23,028 bases of DNA from Okeania sp. (GCF_035285525.1 NZ_JAYKGW010000218.1:1-23028); one strand, 5' to 3'. Shown: positions 1 to 7,158, counted from the stretch's first letter. Numbers and translations are program-made. Notes: generated by a model not told the origin, from the sequence alone.

Positions 1-96
1 CTCACGAGTCTTGACCTGAAGCTAGCTAGACCCGCCCCTGCTACTCACCAGTAAGCTCACGAGTCTTGACCTGAAGCTAGCTAGACCCGCCCCTGC
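1..96. repeat. Tandem direct repeat with 55-bp period: two identical 41-bp GC-rich cores (CTCACGAGTCTTGACCTGAAGCTAGCTAGACCCGCCCCTGC) at 1-41 and 56-96, separated by 14 bp. May continue upstream of the window.
   Basis: Direct comparison of 1-41 with 56-96 gives 41/41 identity. The repeat is much more GC-rich than the flanking sequence. Confidence 0.85.
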
Positions 97-226
97 CATA
101 GCAAAGGGTTGGGAGACCAAACCCCTACAGTTGGAAATTCTGACGAAAACTCCTAGTTTGCTGTAGAATCAAAATGATGAAACTACGGAATTTGTTCTTA
201 TTATAAAACTTCTATAAAAACTTATT

Positions 227-1585
227 ATGTCAAAAGCTCATATTATCGGTTTAGGAAAATCAGGTATTGCTGCTGCGCGACTGCTGAAAAAAAATGGTTG
301 GGAAGTTGAATTAAGCGATCGCAATACTTCCGACTCCCTCGAACAACAAAAACAGCAATTAACTCAAGAAGGTATAATTGTCAAGCTAGATTACTCATTT
401 GAACCAGAAACCTCTCTAGATTTAGTCGTTGTCAGTCCCGGTGTTCCCTGGGATATTCCTCCATTGCAACGTTGTAGAGAAATGGGAATAGAAACCATCG
501 GGGAAATGGAGTTAGCATGGCGATACCTCCAGTCTTCCTCCTGGGTAGGTATTACTGGTACTAACGGCAAAACTACCACCACTGCTTTAACTGCCGCCAT
601 TTTTCAAGCTGCCGGATTTTCTGCTCCTGCCTGTGGTAATATCGGATATGCTGCCTGTGAATTAGCTCTACAGGAAACTCCCCCAGATTGGGTAATAGCA
701 GAACTAAGCAGTTATCAAATTGAGTCCTCTAATACTCTGAGTCCTGAAATTGGTGTATGGACTACTTTTACTCCCGATCACCTGAGTCGTCACCACACTC
801 TAGACAGTTATTTTAACATTAAAGCTAGCTTATTAAAACGTTCTCAAAAGCAAATTCTTAATGGTAACGACCAATACCTCGGGGAAAATACAGCAAATTT
901 TTGGGATAATCCTTATTGGACAAATGTTCAGGGAAAAAACGGTTTGCGAGGAGATGTAGCTAAAGGAATTTATATTGAAGACGGATGGGTAGTAGCATTT
1001 GGGGAAAGAGTAGTTGCTGTAGAGTCCCTGAAAATGTTGGGAAATCATAATCAGCAGAATTTATTGATGGCAGTGGGAGTAGCAAAGTTAGCAGGAATAG
1101 AAAATGAAGCGATCGCTGAAGCGGTGAAAAATTTTCCTGGTGTTCCTCATCGTTTAGAATATGTTTGTAGTTGGAATGAAGTAGATTTTATTAATGATAG
1201 TAAAGCTACAAATTATGATGCAGCAGCAGTTGGTTTAAAAGCTGTACCGAAACCTGTATTATTAATAGCTGGTGGTCAAGCTAAAGAAGGTAATGATAAT
1301 GACTGGTTTCGATATATAAAGGAAAAAGTTGTTTGTGTTTTGTTAATTGGTGATGCGTCTAATGTTTTTGCTAAGAGATTACAACAAATTAATTATAAAA
1401 ATTATGAAATAGTACAAAATATGGAGAGAGCAGTAATTAGAGGTGCAGCTTTAGCGAAAAAATATGATGCTAAAGTTGTGTTGTTATCTCCTGCTTGTGC
1501 AAGTTTCGATCAGTATCGAAACTTTGAAGAAAGGGGAGATGATTTTCGCAAGTTATGTTTAGCATTAAATCGTAATAAAAGATAA
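227..1585 (+). CDS. murD: UDP-N-acetylmuramoylalanine--D-glutamate ligase (MurD)
   Basis: 452 aa. N-terminal [15 protein letters not shown] dinucleotide-fold motif, Mur-ligase P-loop [11 protein letters not shown], and INDSKATN motif characteristic of MurD. Length is typical. Two HIP1 sites lie inside. Confidence 0.93.
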   Translation: MSKAHIIGLGKSGIAAARLLKKNGWEVELSDRNTSDSLEQQKQQLTQEGIIVKLDYSFEPETSLDLVVVSPGVPWDIPPLQRCREMGIETIGEMELAWRYLQSSSWVGITGTNGKTTTTALTAAIFQAAGFSAPACGNIGYAACELALQETPPDWVIAELSSYQIESSNTLSPEIGVWTTFTPDHLSRHHTLDSYFNIKASLLKRSQKQILNGNDQYLGENTANFWDNPYWTNVQGKNGLRGDVAKGIYIEDGWVVAFGERVVAVESLKMLGNHNQQNLLMAVGVAKLAGIENEAIAEAVKNFPGVPHRLEYVCSWNEVDFINDSKATNYDAAAVGLKAVPKPVLLIAGGQAKEGNDNDWFRYIKEKVVCVLLIGDASNVFAKRLQQINYKNYEIVQNMERAVIRGAALAKKYDAKVVLLSPACASFDQYRNFEERGDDFRKLCLALNRNKR

Positions 1586-1593
1586 GAAGGAAG

Positions 1594-1625
1594 AAGGAAA
1601 GTAGATGAGTTTATAGATAAATTAA
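1594..1625. repeat. Copy 1 of the short dispersed repeat 'A' (AAGGAAAGTAGATGAGTTTATAG...ATTAA), just after the murD stop
   Basis: The first 17 nt are identical to 3654-3670 and 23/24 nt match overall. Both copies start within 10 nt of or overlap a stop codon (murD, methyltransferase). Confidence 0.75.
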
Positions 1626-1699
1626 ATCAAGCTTAGTTTGGAAAGTTATGTAATCTGAAAAACTCATCTAAATTGTTCCGTGCCTTGTAATGTTTGGTC

Positions 1700-1819
1700 T
1701 TAATAGACATCTCCAAAAATAAAAATTAAAATCAATTATACCATAGGAAATTATCAACTATTCTTCCCTGTTCCCTATTCCCTGTTCCCTGTTCCCTCTT
1801 TTCTGGAGATGTCTAATAA
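1700..1819. repeat. Inverted-repeat-framed element 'B'. 16-bp arms (1700-1715 TTAATAGACATCTCCA / 1804-1819 TGGAGATGTCTAATAA) enclose a heptamer array CCCTGTT/CCCTATT x5 (1766-1800).
   Basis: The arms match 15/16 as reverse complements. Five consecutive 7-mers are read directly. The left part (TCTCCAAAAATAAAAATTAAAATCAATTAT) recurs in inverted orientation at 3732-3791. Confidence 0.8.
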
Positions 1820-1858
1820 GTCAAGCAGATTAGTGATGAAAAAAAAGGAAATATTATT

Positions 1859-2410
1859 ATGCCAAATTTAACAATTAAAGATTTAGAAAAGTTGCAAATA
1901 GATTATCCAGATTATCAAATGGAATTAGTAGCAGGAGAGATTATTGTTATGAGTCCTTCGGGTTTAAAATCAGATGAAATAGCACTAGAAATAGCAGCTC
2001 AGTTACGCAACTGGGTAAGACCAAGAAAGTTAGGTAGAGTGATTGGTTCTAGTGGAGGTTTTCGTTTACCAAATGCTGCTGGAGATGTTCGCGCTCCAGA
2101 TGCTTCTTTTATTCGTGCAGAAAAATTACCCCGCTCTACGGAAGATTATGCAGAGGTAGTTCCTGACTTAATTTTTGAAGTTAAATCTAAGACCGATAAA
2201 TTACCAAAATTACTTCAAAAAATACAAGAATTTATAGAGTTAGGAACTGTTGTGGGAGTGTTAGTAGATCCTCGCACTCGGACAATGGAAGTTTATCGTT
2301 ATCAGCAAGAGAAAATTGTACTGAAAGATGGCGATATTTTAGAAGTAGAAGAAATTTTACCAGGATGGAAATTACCTGTAGTTGAAGTGTGGACGCCGGA
2401 GTTTGAATAG
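1859..2410 (+). CDS. Uma2-family (DUF820) putative PD-(D/E)XK endonuclease
   Basis: 183 aa. Typical Uma2 layout: ELVAGEIIVMSPSG near the N-terminus, RAPDASFI, then PDLIFEVKS (PD...E-x-K nuclease core), then VDP...MEVYR. AAGGAAA Shine-Dalgarno-like sequence about 10 nt upstream of the ATG. Confidence 0.85.
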   Translation: MPNLTIKDLEKLQIDYPDYQMELVAGEIIVMSPSGLKSDEIALEIAAQLRNWVRPRKLGRVIGSSGGFRLPNAAGDVRAPDASFIRAEKLPRSTEDYAEVVPDLIFEVKSKTDKLPKLLQKIQEFIELGTVVGVLVDPRTRTMEVYRYQQEKIVLKDGDILEVEEILPGWKLPVVEVWTPEFE

Positions 2411-2482
2411 GAATTAAATTTGAGTAGGAATTTATATGAGGTATACTCGAAAAATTAAACAGCAGATTATAGAAAAAATTTA

Positions 2483-3655
2483 ATGGAAGGAAAACAACTA
2501 TCTCTATTTCCTAATTTTGAGTATCAAAGGGATAAAAATTATCGTAAAAAAGCTAAACTAGGTCGTTATGAAAAAATCCAATATGAACTAAACAATAACG
2601 ACAACGATCCATATAAAAAATTCATTGAAATTGAAGAACAACCCTTGTGGAAATCTAATTATAAAAATTATAAATTTGTCGATTTATTTTGTGGTGCTGG
2701 AGGAATGACACAAGGTTTAGTTCAAGCAGGATTTCAACCAATAATGAGTGTTGAAGAAAACCCTATAGCATCAGCAACCCATAGAAAAAATTTTCCTCAA
2801 TCTCATAATTTTTGTGGAGATATTAAACAATTTAATTCTATAGAATGGCTGAAAAAAATTGGTTCGCCAGAAATACATTTAGTAGTAGGAGGTCCTCCAT
2901 GTCAGGGTTTTTCAGTAGCAGGAAAAAGAAATCCAGATGACCCAAGAAATAATTTATTTCGAGAGTTTGTGAGAGTAGTTTCTGAAATTCGTCCTTGGTA
3001 TATTGTTATGGAAAATGTGCCAGGAATTATTACTATGAAAAAAGGTGCTGTTAAAGACGAAATTTGTCAAGCATTTGTCGATATTGGCTATTCTAATGTA
3101 TCTGTAGCAATTTTAGAATCTGCTGCTTATGGAGTGCCACAAATTCGCCCTAGAACTTTTTTTGTTGCCAATAGATTTGGTAAGATTAATCCTTACCCAA
3201 AACCTCAACTATTACCCCACCAATATAAACCAATTGAATCAGCAATTTCTGACCTTCCAGAATTAACTCCTATTCCAGAAATTAATCATCAGTGGACTCG
3301 ACATTCACAGGAATATATGGAAAGACTTGCTCAAGTACCTCCTGGTGGTTCTTTATATAAAACTTATGCTGATGCTTTTAAGCGACAATATTTGGGCAAA
3401 CCAAGCATGACTATCAAAGAAAATCATGGTGGTACTCATATTCATCCTTATCTTAACCGGGTAATTTCAGCAAGAGAAATGGCAAGATTACAAAGTTTTC
3501 CTGACTCTTTTATTTTTGAGGGTTCTATGAAAAAAGCAATGTGGCAAATTGGTAATGCTTTACCTCCTCGTTTAGCAGAATGTATAGGTTATGCGTTGAT
3601 TCCTTTTTTAAATGAAATTGCTGATGAAAGGAAGAAGATCGATGTGAAGAAGTAA
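2483..3655 (+). CDS. dcm: DNA (cytosine-5)-methyltransferase, the M subunit of a Type II R-M system
   Basis: 390 aa with the canonical m5C motifs in order: FCGAGG (I), GGPPCQGFS (IV), ENV (VI), QIRPR (VIII), a variable target-recognition region, then GNALPP (X). About 65 aa of N-terminal extension. Confidence 0.93.
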   Translation: MEGKQLSLFPNFEYQRDKNYRKKAKLGRYEKIQYELNNNDNDPYKKFIEIEEQPLWKSNYKNYKFVDLFCGAGGMTQGLVQAGFQPIMSVEENPIASATHRKNFPQSHNFCGDIKQFNSIEWLKKIGSPEIHLVVGGPPCQGFSVAGKRNPDDPRNNLFREFVRVVSEIRPWYIVMENVPGIITMKKGAVKDEICQAFVDIGYSNVSVAILESAAYGVPQIRPRTFFVANRFGKINPYPKPQLLPHQYKPIESAISDLPELTPIPEINHQWTRHSQEYMERLAQVPPGGSLYKTYADAFKRQYLGKPSMTIKENHGGTHIHPYLNRVISAREMARLQSFPDSFIFEGSMKKAMWQIGNALPPRLAECIGYALIPFLNEIADERKKIDVKK

Positions 3656-3687
3656 GGAAAGTAGATGAGTCTATAGCTATAGATTAA
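3654..3687. repeat. Copy 2 of dispersed repeat 'A' (AAGGAAAGTAGATGAGTCTATAGCTATAGATTAA), overlapping the methyltransferase stop codon
   Basis: Matches 1594-1625, with an internal CTATAG duplication in this copy. Confidence 0.75.
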
Positions 3688-3731
3688 TACTATAAAATTT
3701 TGAGTCTTATCTGAACCGTATTGAATCATAA

Positions 3732-3791
3732 GGGAATAGAAACTAGGGAATAATAATTGATTTATTTTTGATTTTTGGAGAAGTTTAATAG
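3732..3791. repeat. Inverted copy of element 'B' (GGGAATAG..GGGAATAATAATTGATTTATTTTTGATTTTTGGAGAAGTTTAATAG), ending 1 nt before the stop of the minus-strand nuclease gene
   Basis: The reverse complement aligns with 1700-1800. The core TCTCCAAAAATCAAAAATAAATCAATTAT matches TCTCCAAAAATAAAAATTAAAATCAATTAT, followed by GGGAA-type heptamers. Confidence 0.7.
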
Positions 3792-4526
3792 TTAATTATC
3801 CTGTTTAAACTCAGTTAGTTTTTGATTAAGAGTATTTCGCCAAATCTCAAAGTTATACCAACCACATCCAATACATCCAGTCTCAGCATTTTTTCCAACT
3901 TGAGGGATATTATGAGGCCAATTTTCATTACCTTGATACCAGAATTTAATCCCTAATGGTGTACCCCTTTTACCAGTTTTAATACAAAATTCACAGCTTC
4001 TTGATTTTAAAAGATTATGATTACCTGCACTATCTTTTTTCAGCAATTGAAACTTTTGTTTAATCTCAGTTTCACTCATATTTAAGTTATGAGCTTCTTC
4101 AATATTTCCCCATCTTTCCATTGGAAAGCGATGGTCAATAATAATTTCATGTCGTGGTCGTTGTCTTTGTTCAATTACATCTATATAAGAATAAAAAGAT
4201 AATATTTTCTCGACTAATTCTGAGGGAATATTAGTAGGAGCATTTGCTGCTTTAATTTTTCCTGTCCAACAATCCCATGTTGTTTGTTTTTGACAAGTAT
4301 TGCAGAACTTTCTTTCCGTTTTAATTTCCAAACCAGGGCGACTTTTTGTACCTCTTTGTAATCCTTGAATACCACCTCCCGCCGCATATTGTTCTGATGC
4401 TAGGTTTTTACCTTCACAACTACGACAATACCATTCTTGATCTGATAAAAAATTAAATACTTTTAATTGAGTTGAGTTTTTTCTAAATGTAGATTTTAAA
4501 TTTTCTACTAAGTCTTGATTGTTCAC
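3792..4526 (-). CDS. Putative Type II restriction endonuclease, Cys-rich HNH (beta-beta-alpha-Me)-like with two predicted Cys4 zinc sites
   Basis: 244 aa, GTG start. It sits downstream of and overlaps the C gene (GTGA overlap) and is convergent with the m5C MTase. IIIDH (D131-H132) ... FQLL ... GNHN-LLK (N169-H170-N171-K174) resembles an HNH core. Four CxxC pairs: C34/C37, C75/C78, C178/C181, C218/C221. No PD-(D/E)XK motif noticed. Confidence 0.62.
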   Translation of the reverse strand: MNNQDLVENLKSTFRKNSTQLKVFNFLSDQEWYCRSCEGKNLASEQYAAGGGIQGLQRGTKSRPGLEIKTERKFCNTCQKQTTWDCWTGKIKAANAPTNIPSELVEKILSFYSYIDVIEQRQRPRHEIIIDHRFPMERWGNIEEAHNLNMSETEIKQKFQLLKKDSAGNHNLLKSRSCEFCIKTGKRGTPLGIKFWYQGNENWPHNIPQVGKNAETGCIGCGWYNFEIWRNTLNQKLTEFKQDN

Positions 4527-4771
4527 TCTATATTATTAGTTTCTGCCTCTAAATTATCAAGAAGTTCAGATACACTAATACCCATTCCCGCAGCTAAACT
4601 AACAAGAGCAGTTAAAGAAGGATTTCTCACACCACGTTCTAGTCCAGATATATAGGTACGATCTAAGTTAGAGCGAAATCCAAGCTCTTCTTGAGAAATT
4701 CCTAATTTCATCCGACGTTGTTTAATCAAGCGACCAAGGGCAGCTAAAATCTTACTTTTTGATTTATCCAT
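4523..4771 (-). CDS. Controller (C) protein, XRE-family helix-turn-helix regulator of the R-M system
   Basis: 82 aa. ISQEELGFRSNLDRTYISGLERGVRNPSLTALVSLA is the classic C-protein/XRE HTH pattern. The stop TGA overlaps the GTG start of the downstream nuclease. A C-box-like operator lies upstream. Confidence 0.85.
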   Translation of the reverse strand: MDKSKSKILAALGRLIKQRRMKLGISQEELGFRSNLDRTYISGLERGVRNPSLTALVSLAAGMGISVSELLDNLEAETNNIE

Positions 4772-4795
4772 AACGATATATAATGAGACTTTGTG

Positions 4796-4821
4796 GATTA
4801 TCAGTCTACGGACTATGTGTC
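4796..4821 (-). promoter_or_regulatory. C-box-like operator: two 11-bp inverted half-site pairs separated by 4 bp, with an overlapping promoter
   Basis: The minus strand reads GACA-CAT-AGTC CGTA GACT-GAT-AATC. This has the spacing and most bases of the C.PvuII/C.AhdI/C.Esp1396I-type C-box (GACT-N3-AGTC, N4, GACT-N3-AGTC; consensus recalled from the literature). It is followed by CATTATATATCGTT-ATG, i.e. a TATATA -10-like box about 6 nt from the ATG, which suggests a leaderless mRNA as in other C genes. Confidence 0.55.
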
Positions 4822-4865
4822 ACATCAAAAAAAATTAGCTTTTACTACAATGTTAATTAAGATTT

Positions 4866-5680
4866 GCTAAAAAAGTCTTTTTGTTAGAGCAGAGAGTAGT
4901 TAAGAGTTACGATTTAGGGGAGTTGTAGAAGAGGTGGTCATTCATAAATTGCCCCTTAATTTTTCTGTCATAATCACCCCAAAATCCTCACTTTTTCCTC
5001 TCCATCAACCGAGAAGCTGGTACTTTTTCTGTATCCAAAATTATTCAAGTCCTTATGTGTTAATACTTTGATATCCTAATCAGGGCTTGCTTATTAAAGC
5101 TGAAATTTTTTACATATAAAGGTTTATCCTGATTTAAGTCGGGAAAAAGTACCTAGTTTTCAGCTCTTAATGCACGATTCGGTGAAAAATCGAAAAGTTA
5201 CTATTTTAGGCACATTATTGAGCAAAAAAAATAACTTTGCTGCTCCTCTACTCCCCTATTCTTGCGCTCCCCTAGGGCTAATTTATTGTCACTAGAGAAA
5301 AAAAGAGGGGGAACACAAGAAAGAGGGGGGAGTGTGAAATTCACAAAATAGTAAATATTCTCTGACGACAATGAATTAGCCCTGCCCTACTCCTGAAAAA
5401 AAGACTTTTTCCGCAAGCCCTAATTAAGACTGGCTGATTAAATATCAAAGTCTTTATAGATAAAAGTTTTAGCTTTTTTAGGTCGTGATTTCTTGGGAAC
5501 CGTAAAAGTACCAGATTTTCCCCTGATCAGGCTGAAAAAGTGAGTATTTTGGTGAAAGTTGCTCAGAGTTGGCAAGGAATATTTTTTTCCTTTGTACGTC
5601 TTCTACAACTCCTTATTCCTCTTGACTCTTCACTACTCCCTGCCAGGCGCAAAAAGACTTTTTCCGCAAACCCTAATTAG
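4866..5680. repeat. Composite non-coding repeat block. Three diverged copies of a ~230-250-bp unit: one inverted (4866-5090) and two direct (about 5095-5427 and 5428-5680). The middle copy carries a nested ~113-bp palindromic element (5272-5384).
   Basis: Blocks shared between arm 1 (reverse complement) and arm 3: AAAAAGTCTTTTTG, GAGTAGTKAAGAGT, GGAGTTGTAGAAGA, CACCAAAATMCTCACTTTTTC, CTGGTACTTTT, ACTTTGATAT, GGCTTGC. AAAAAGACTTTTTCCGCAARCCCTAATTA occurs at 5398 and 5650. The nested hairpin arms are TAGGGCTAATTTATTGTCACTAGAGAA and TTCTCTGACGACAATGAATTAGCCCTG. No ORF is present. Confidence 0.75.
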
Positions 5681-5714
5681 TGAAATAAATTAAATTTTTT
5701 AGAGAAGATAGCAA

Positions 5715-6824
5715 ATGGAAAATGAACTTACTCCTAATGGCAATAACTTACTCGCTAGCGATAATCCTGATGTTATTTTTCTCTCTGTTGGAGAAATGAC
5801 AGATTTTCCAGATGGTTTAGCAGCACTTGGTGGCAACGATACAGTTACAGGTTCTTCAGATTCAGAATTAATTATGGGAAACCGAGGGGAAGACAGTCTC
5901 AACGGTGGAGATGGTAGTGATACTTTGATAGCAGGAAAAGATAATGATACAGTAGAAGGTGGAAATGGTGATGACTTAGTGCGCGGCGATCGCGAAAATG
6001 ATGTGGTTAGAGGAGAAGAGGGAAATGACATTTTATATGGAGGTAAAAATAATGACCGCCTCTTTGGGGACAGAGGTAATGATGTTTTGTTTGGCGATCG
6101 CGACAACGACACTCTGACTGGTGGTTTAGGGGAAGACACTCTCACTGGAGGAGAAGGCAGCGATGTCTTTGTTTTAGAAATTAATGCAGGTATAGATGAA
6201 ATAACTGATTTTGAAAATGGTATCGATCTAATTCAGTTACCCGATAGTGTCGATAATATTAGTTTACAAAGTAGTGGTGATAGTCAGGAAAATACTCTAA
6301 TTATTGATGGTTTGACTGGAGAAACCATCGCTCAAGTTAACAACATATCTCCTAGTGATTTCAATAGTGATAACTTCATATTTGGAGGTAATTTACATAC
6401 TGAAACCGAAGCTGATAGTCAAGATTTTGTTGATAGAGTCATCGAACTTACCAACCAAGAACGTACTCAGTTAGGTTTGTCTTCCCTAAGCGCAGACCCA
6501 CTTTTAAATCAGGCAGCACAAACTCATAGTGAAAACATGGCATTGCAAGACTTTTTCGATCATATCGGATTAGATGGTTCCTCAGCAGGCGATCGTATTG
6601 AAGCGACAGGTTATGAATTTTTAGCTTGGGCAGAAAATATAGCGGCCGGACAGCAGACACCAGAAGAAGTAGTAGAAGGTTGGATGAATAGCGACGGACA
6701 CCGCGCTAATATTCTAGCTCCAGACTTAGAAGAAATTGGTGTTGGTTACTATTTTTTACAGGAGGATACTGGTAGTATTAACCTTAATCGTTATTGGACT
6801 CAGGTTTTTGGTACACCTTTGTAG
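5715..6824 (+). CDS. Calcium-binding RTX-repeat (hemolysin-type) protein with a C-terminal CAP/SCP/YkwD-like domain
   Basis: 369 aa. About 10 GGxGxDxUx-type nonapeptides (GGDGSDTLIAGKDNDTVEGGNGDDLVRG...GGEGSDVFVL), followed by the ITDFENGIDLIQL motif. The C-terminus has NQERTQLGL...AQTHSENM...AENIAAG...GWMNSDGHRANIL...IGVGY...YWTQVFG, the CAP/SCP pattern. Confidence 0.85.
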   Translation: MENELTPNGNNLLASDNPDVIFLSVGEMTDFPDGLAALGGNDTVTGSSDSELIMGNRGEDSLNGGDGSDTLIAGKDNDTVEGGNGDDLVRGDRENDVVRGEEGNDILYGGKNNDRLFGDRGNDVLFGDRDNDTLTGGLGEDTLTGGEGSDVFVLEINAGIDEITDFENGIDLIQLPDSVDNISLQSSGDSQENTLIIDGLTGETIAQVNNISPSDFNSDNFIFGGNLHTETEADSQDFVDRVIELTNQERTQLGLSSLSADPLLNQAAQTHSENMALQDFFDHIGLDGSSAGDRIEATGYEFLAWAENIAAGQQTPEEVVEGWMNSDGHRANILAPDLEEIGVGYYFLQEDTGSINLNRYWTQVFGTPL

Positions 6825-6940
6825 AGGAAACAGGAGGGGGAAAAGTTTGGGAGTAGGGGAGTGGGAGAGTGGGGAGCAGTTAATAAAAGAAACCTCATAT
6901 ATAATTCCTAAGTGGATCTATTTAAAATTATAGATTGATA

Positions 6941-6980
6941 GTAGGGGAGTAGAGGAGTAGGGGAGTAGAGGAGTGGGGGA
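6941..6980. repeat. Octamer tandem array GTAGGGGA/GTAGAGGA x5 (STRR-like)
   Basis: Read directly. A related GGGAGTAGGGGAGTGGGAGAGTGGGGAG stretch lies at about 6850-6877. Confidence 0.85.
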
Positions 6981-7134
6981 AATGTAGAGATAGAGAGATG
7001 GGGAGTATTAGATATCTTCCCAAATCGAATCCTCAAATCAATTTTTACCCATAAATTATCAATTAATTTTCTCTCTAATATCATGTCCGGTAGCATCGGA
7101 GCGTATATACAATTAATATAAAAATGGGAGAAAA

Positions 7135-7158
7135 CCTTCTGCCTTCTGCCTTCTGCCT
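7135..7158. repeat. Heptamer tandem array CCTTCTG x3 plus a partial unit
   Basis: Read directly. Confidence 0.85.

Noticed and set aside
391-1048. Minus-strand ORFs 391-600 and 833-1048
   Set aside because: They lie entirely antisense within murD, which has unambiguous motifs. They have no independent support.
5699-6145. 148-aa minus-strand ORF rich in S/P/L
   Set aside because: It is the antisense reading of the RTX nonapeptide repeats in the 5715-6824 gene. It is low-complexity, has no start context, and the plus-strand gene has clear domain content.
6448-7096. ORFs 6448-6660(-), 6736-6933(+) and 6908-7096(-)
   Set aside because: The first is antisense to the CAP domain. The other two run through the gene end and the GGGGAGTA-type repeat arrays, with no start signals or motifs.
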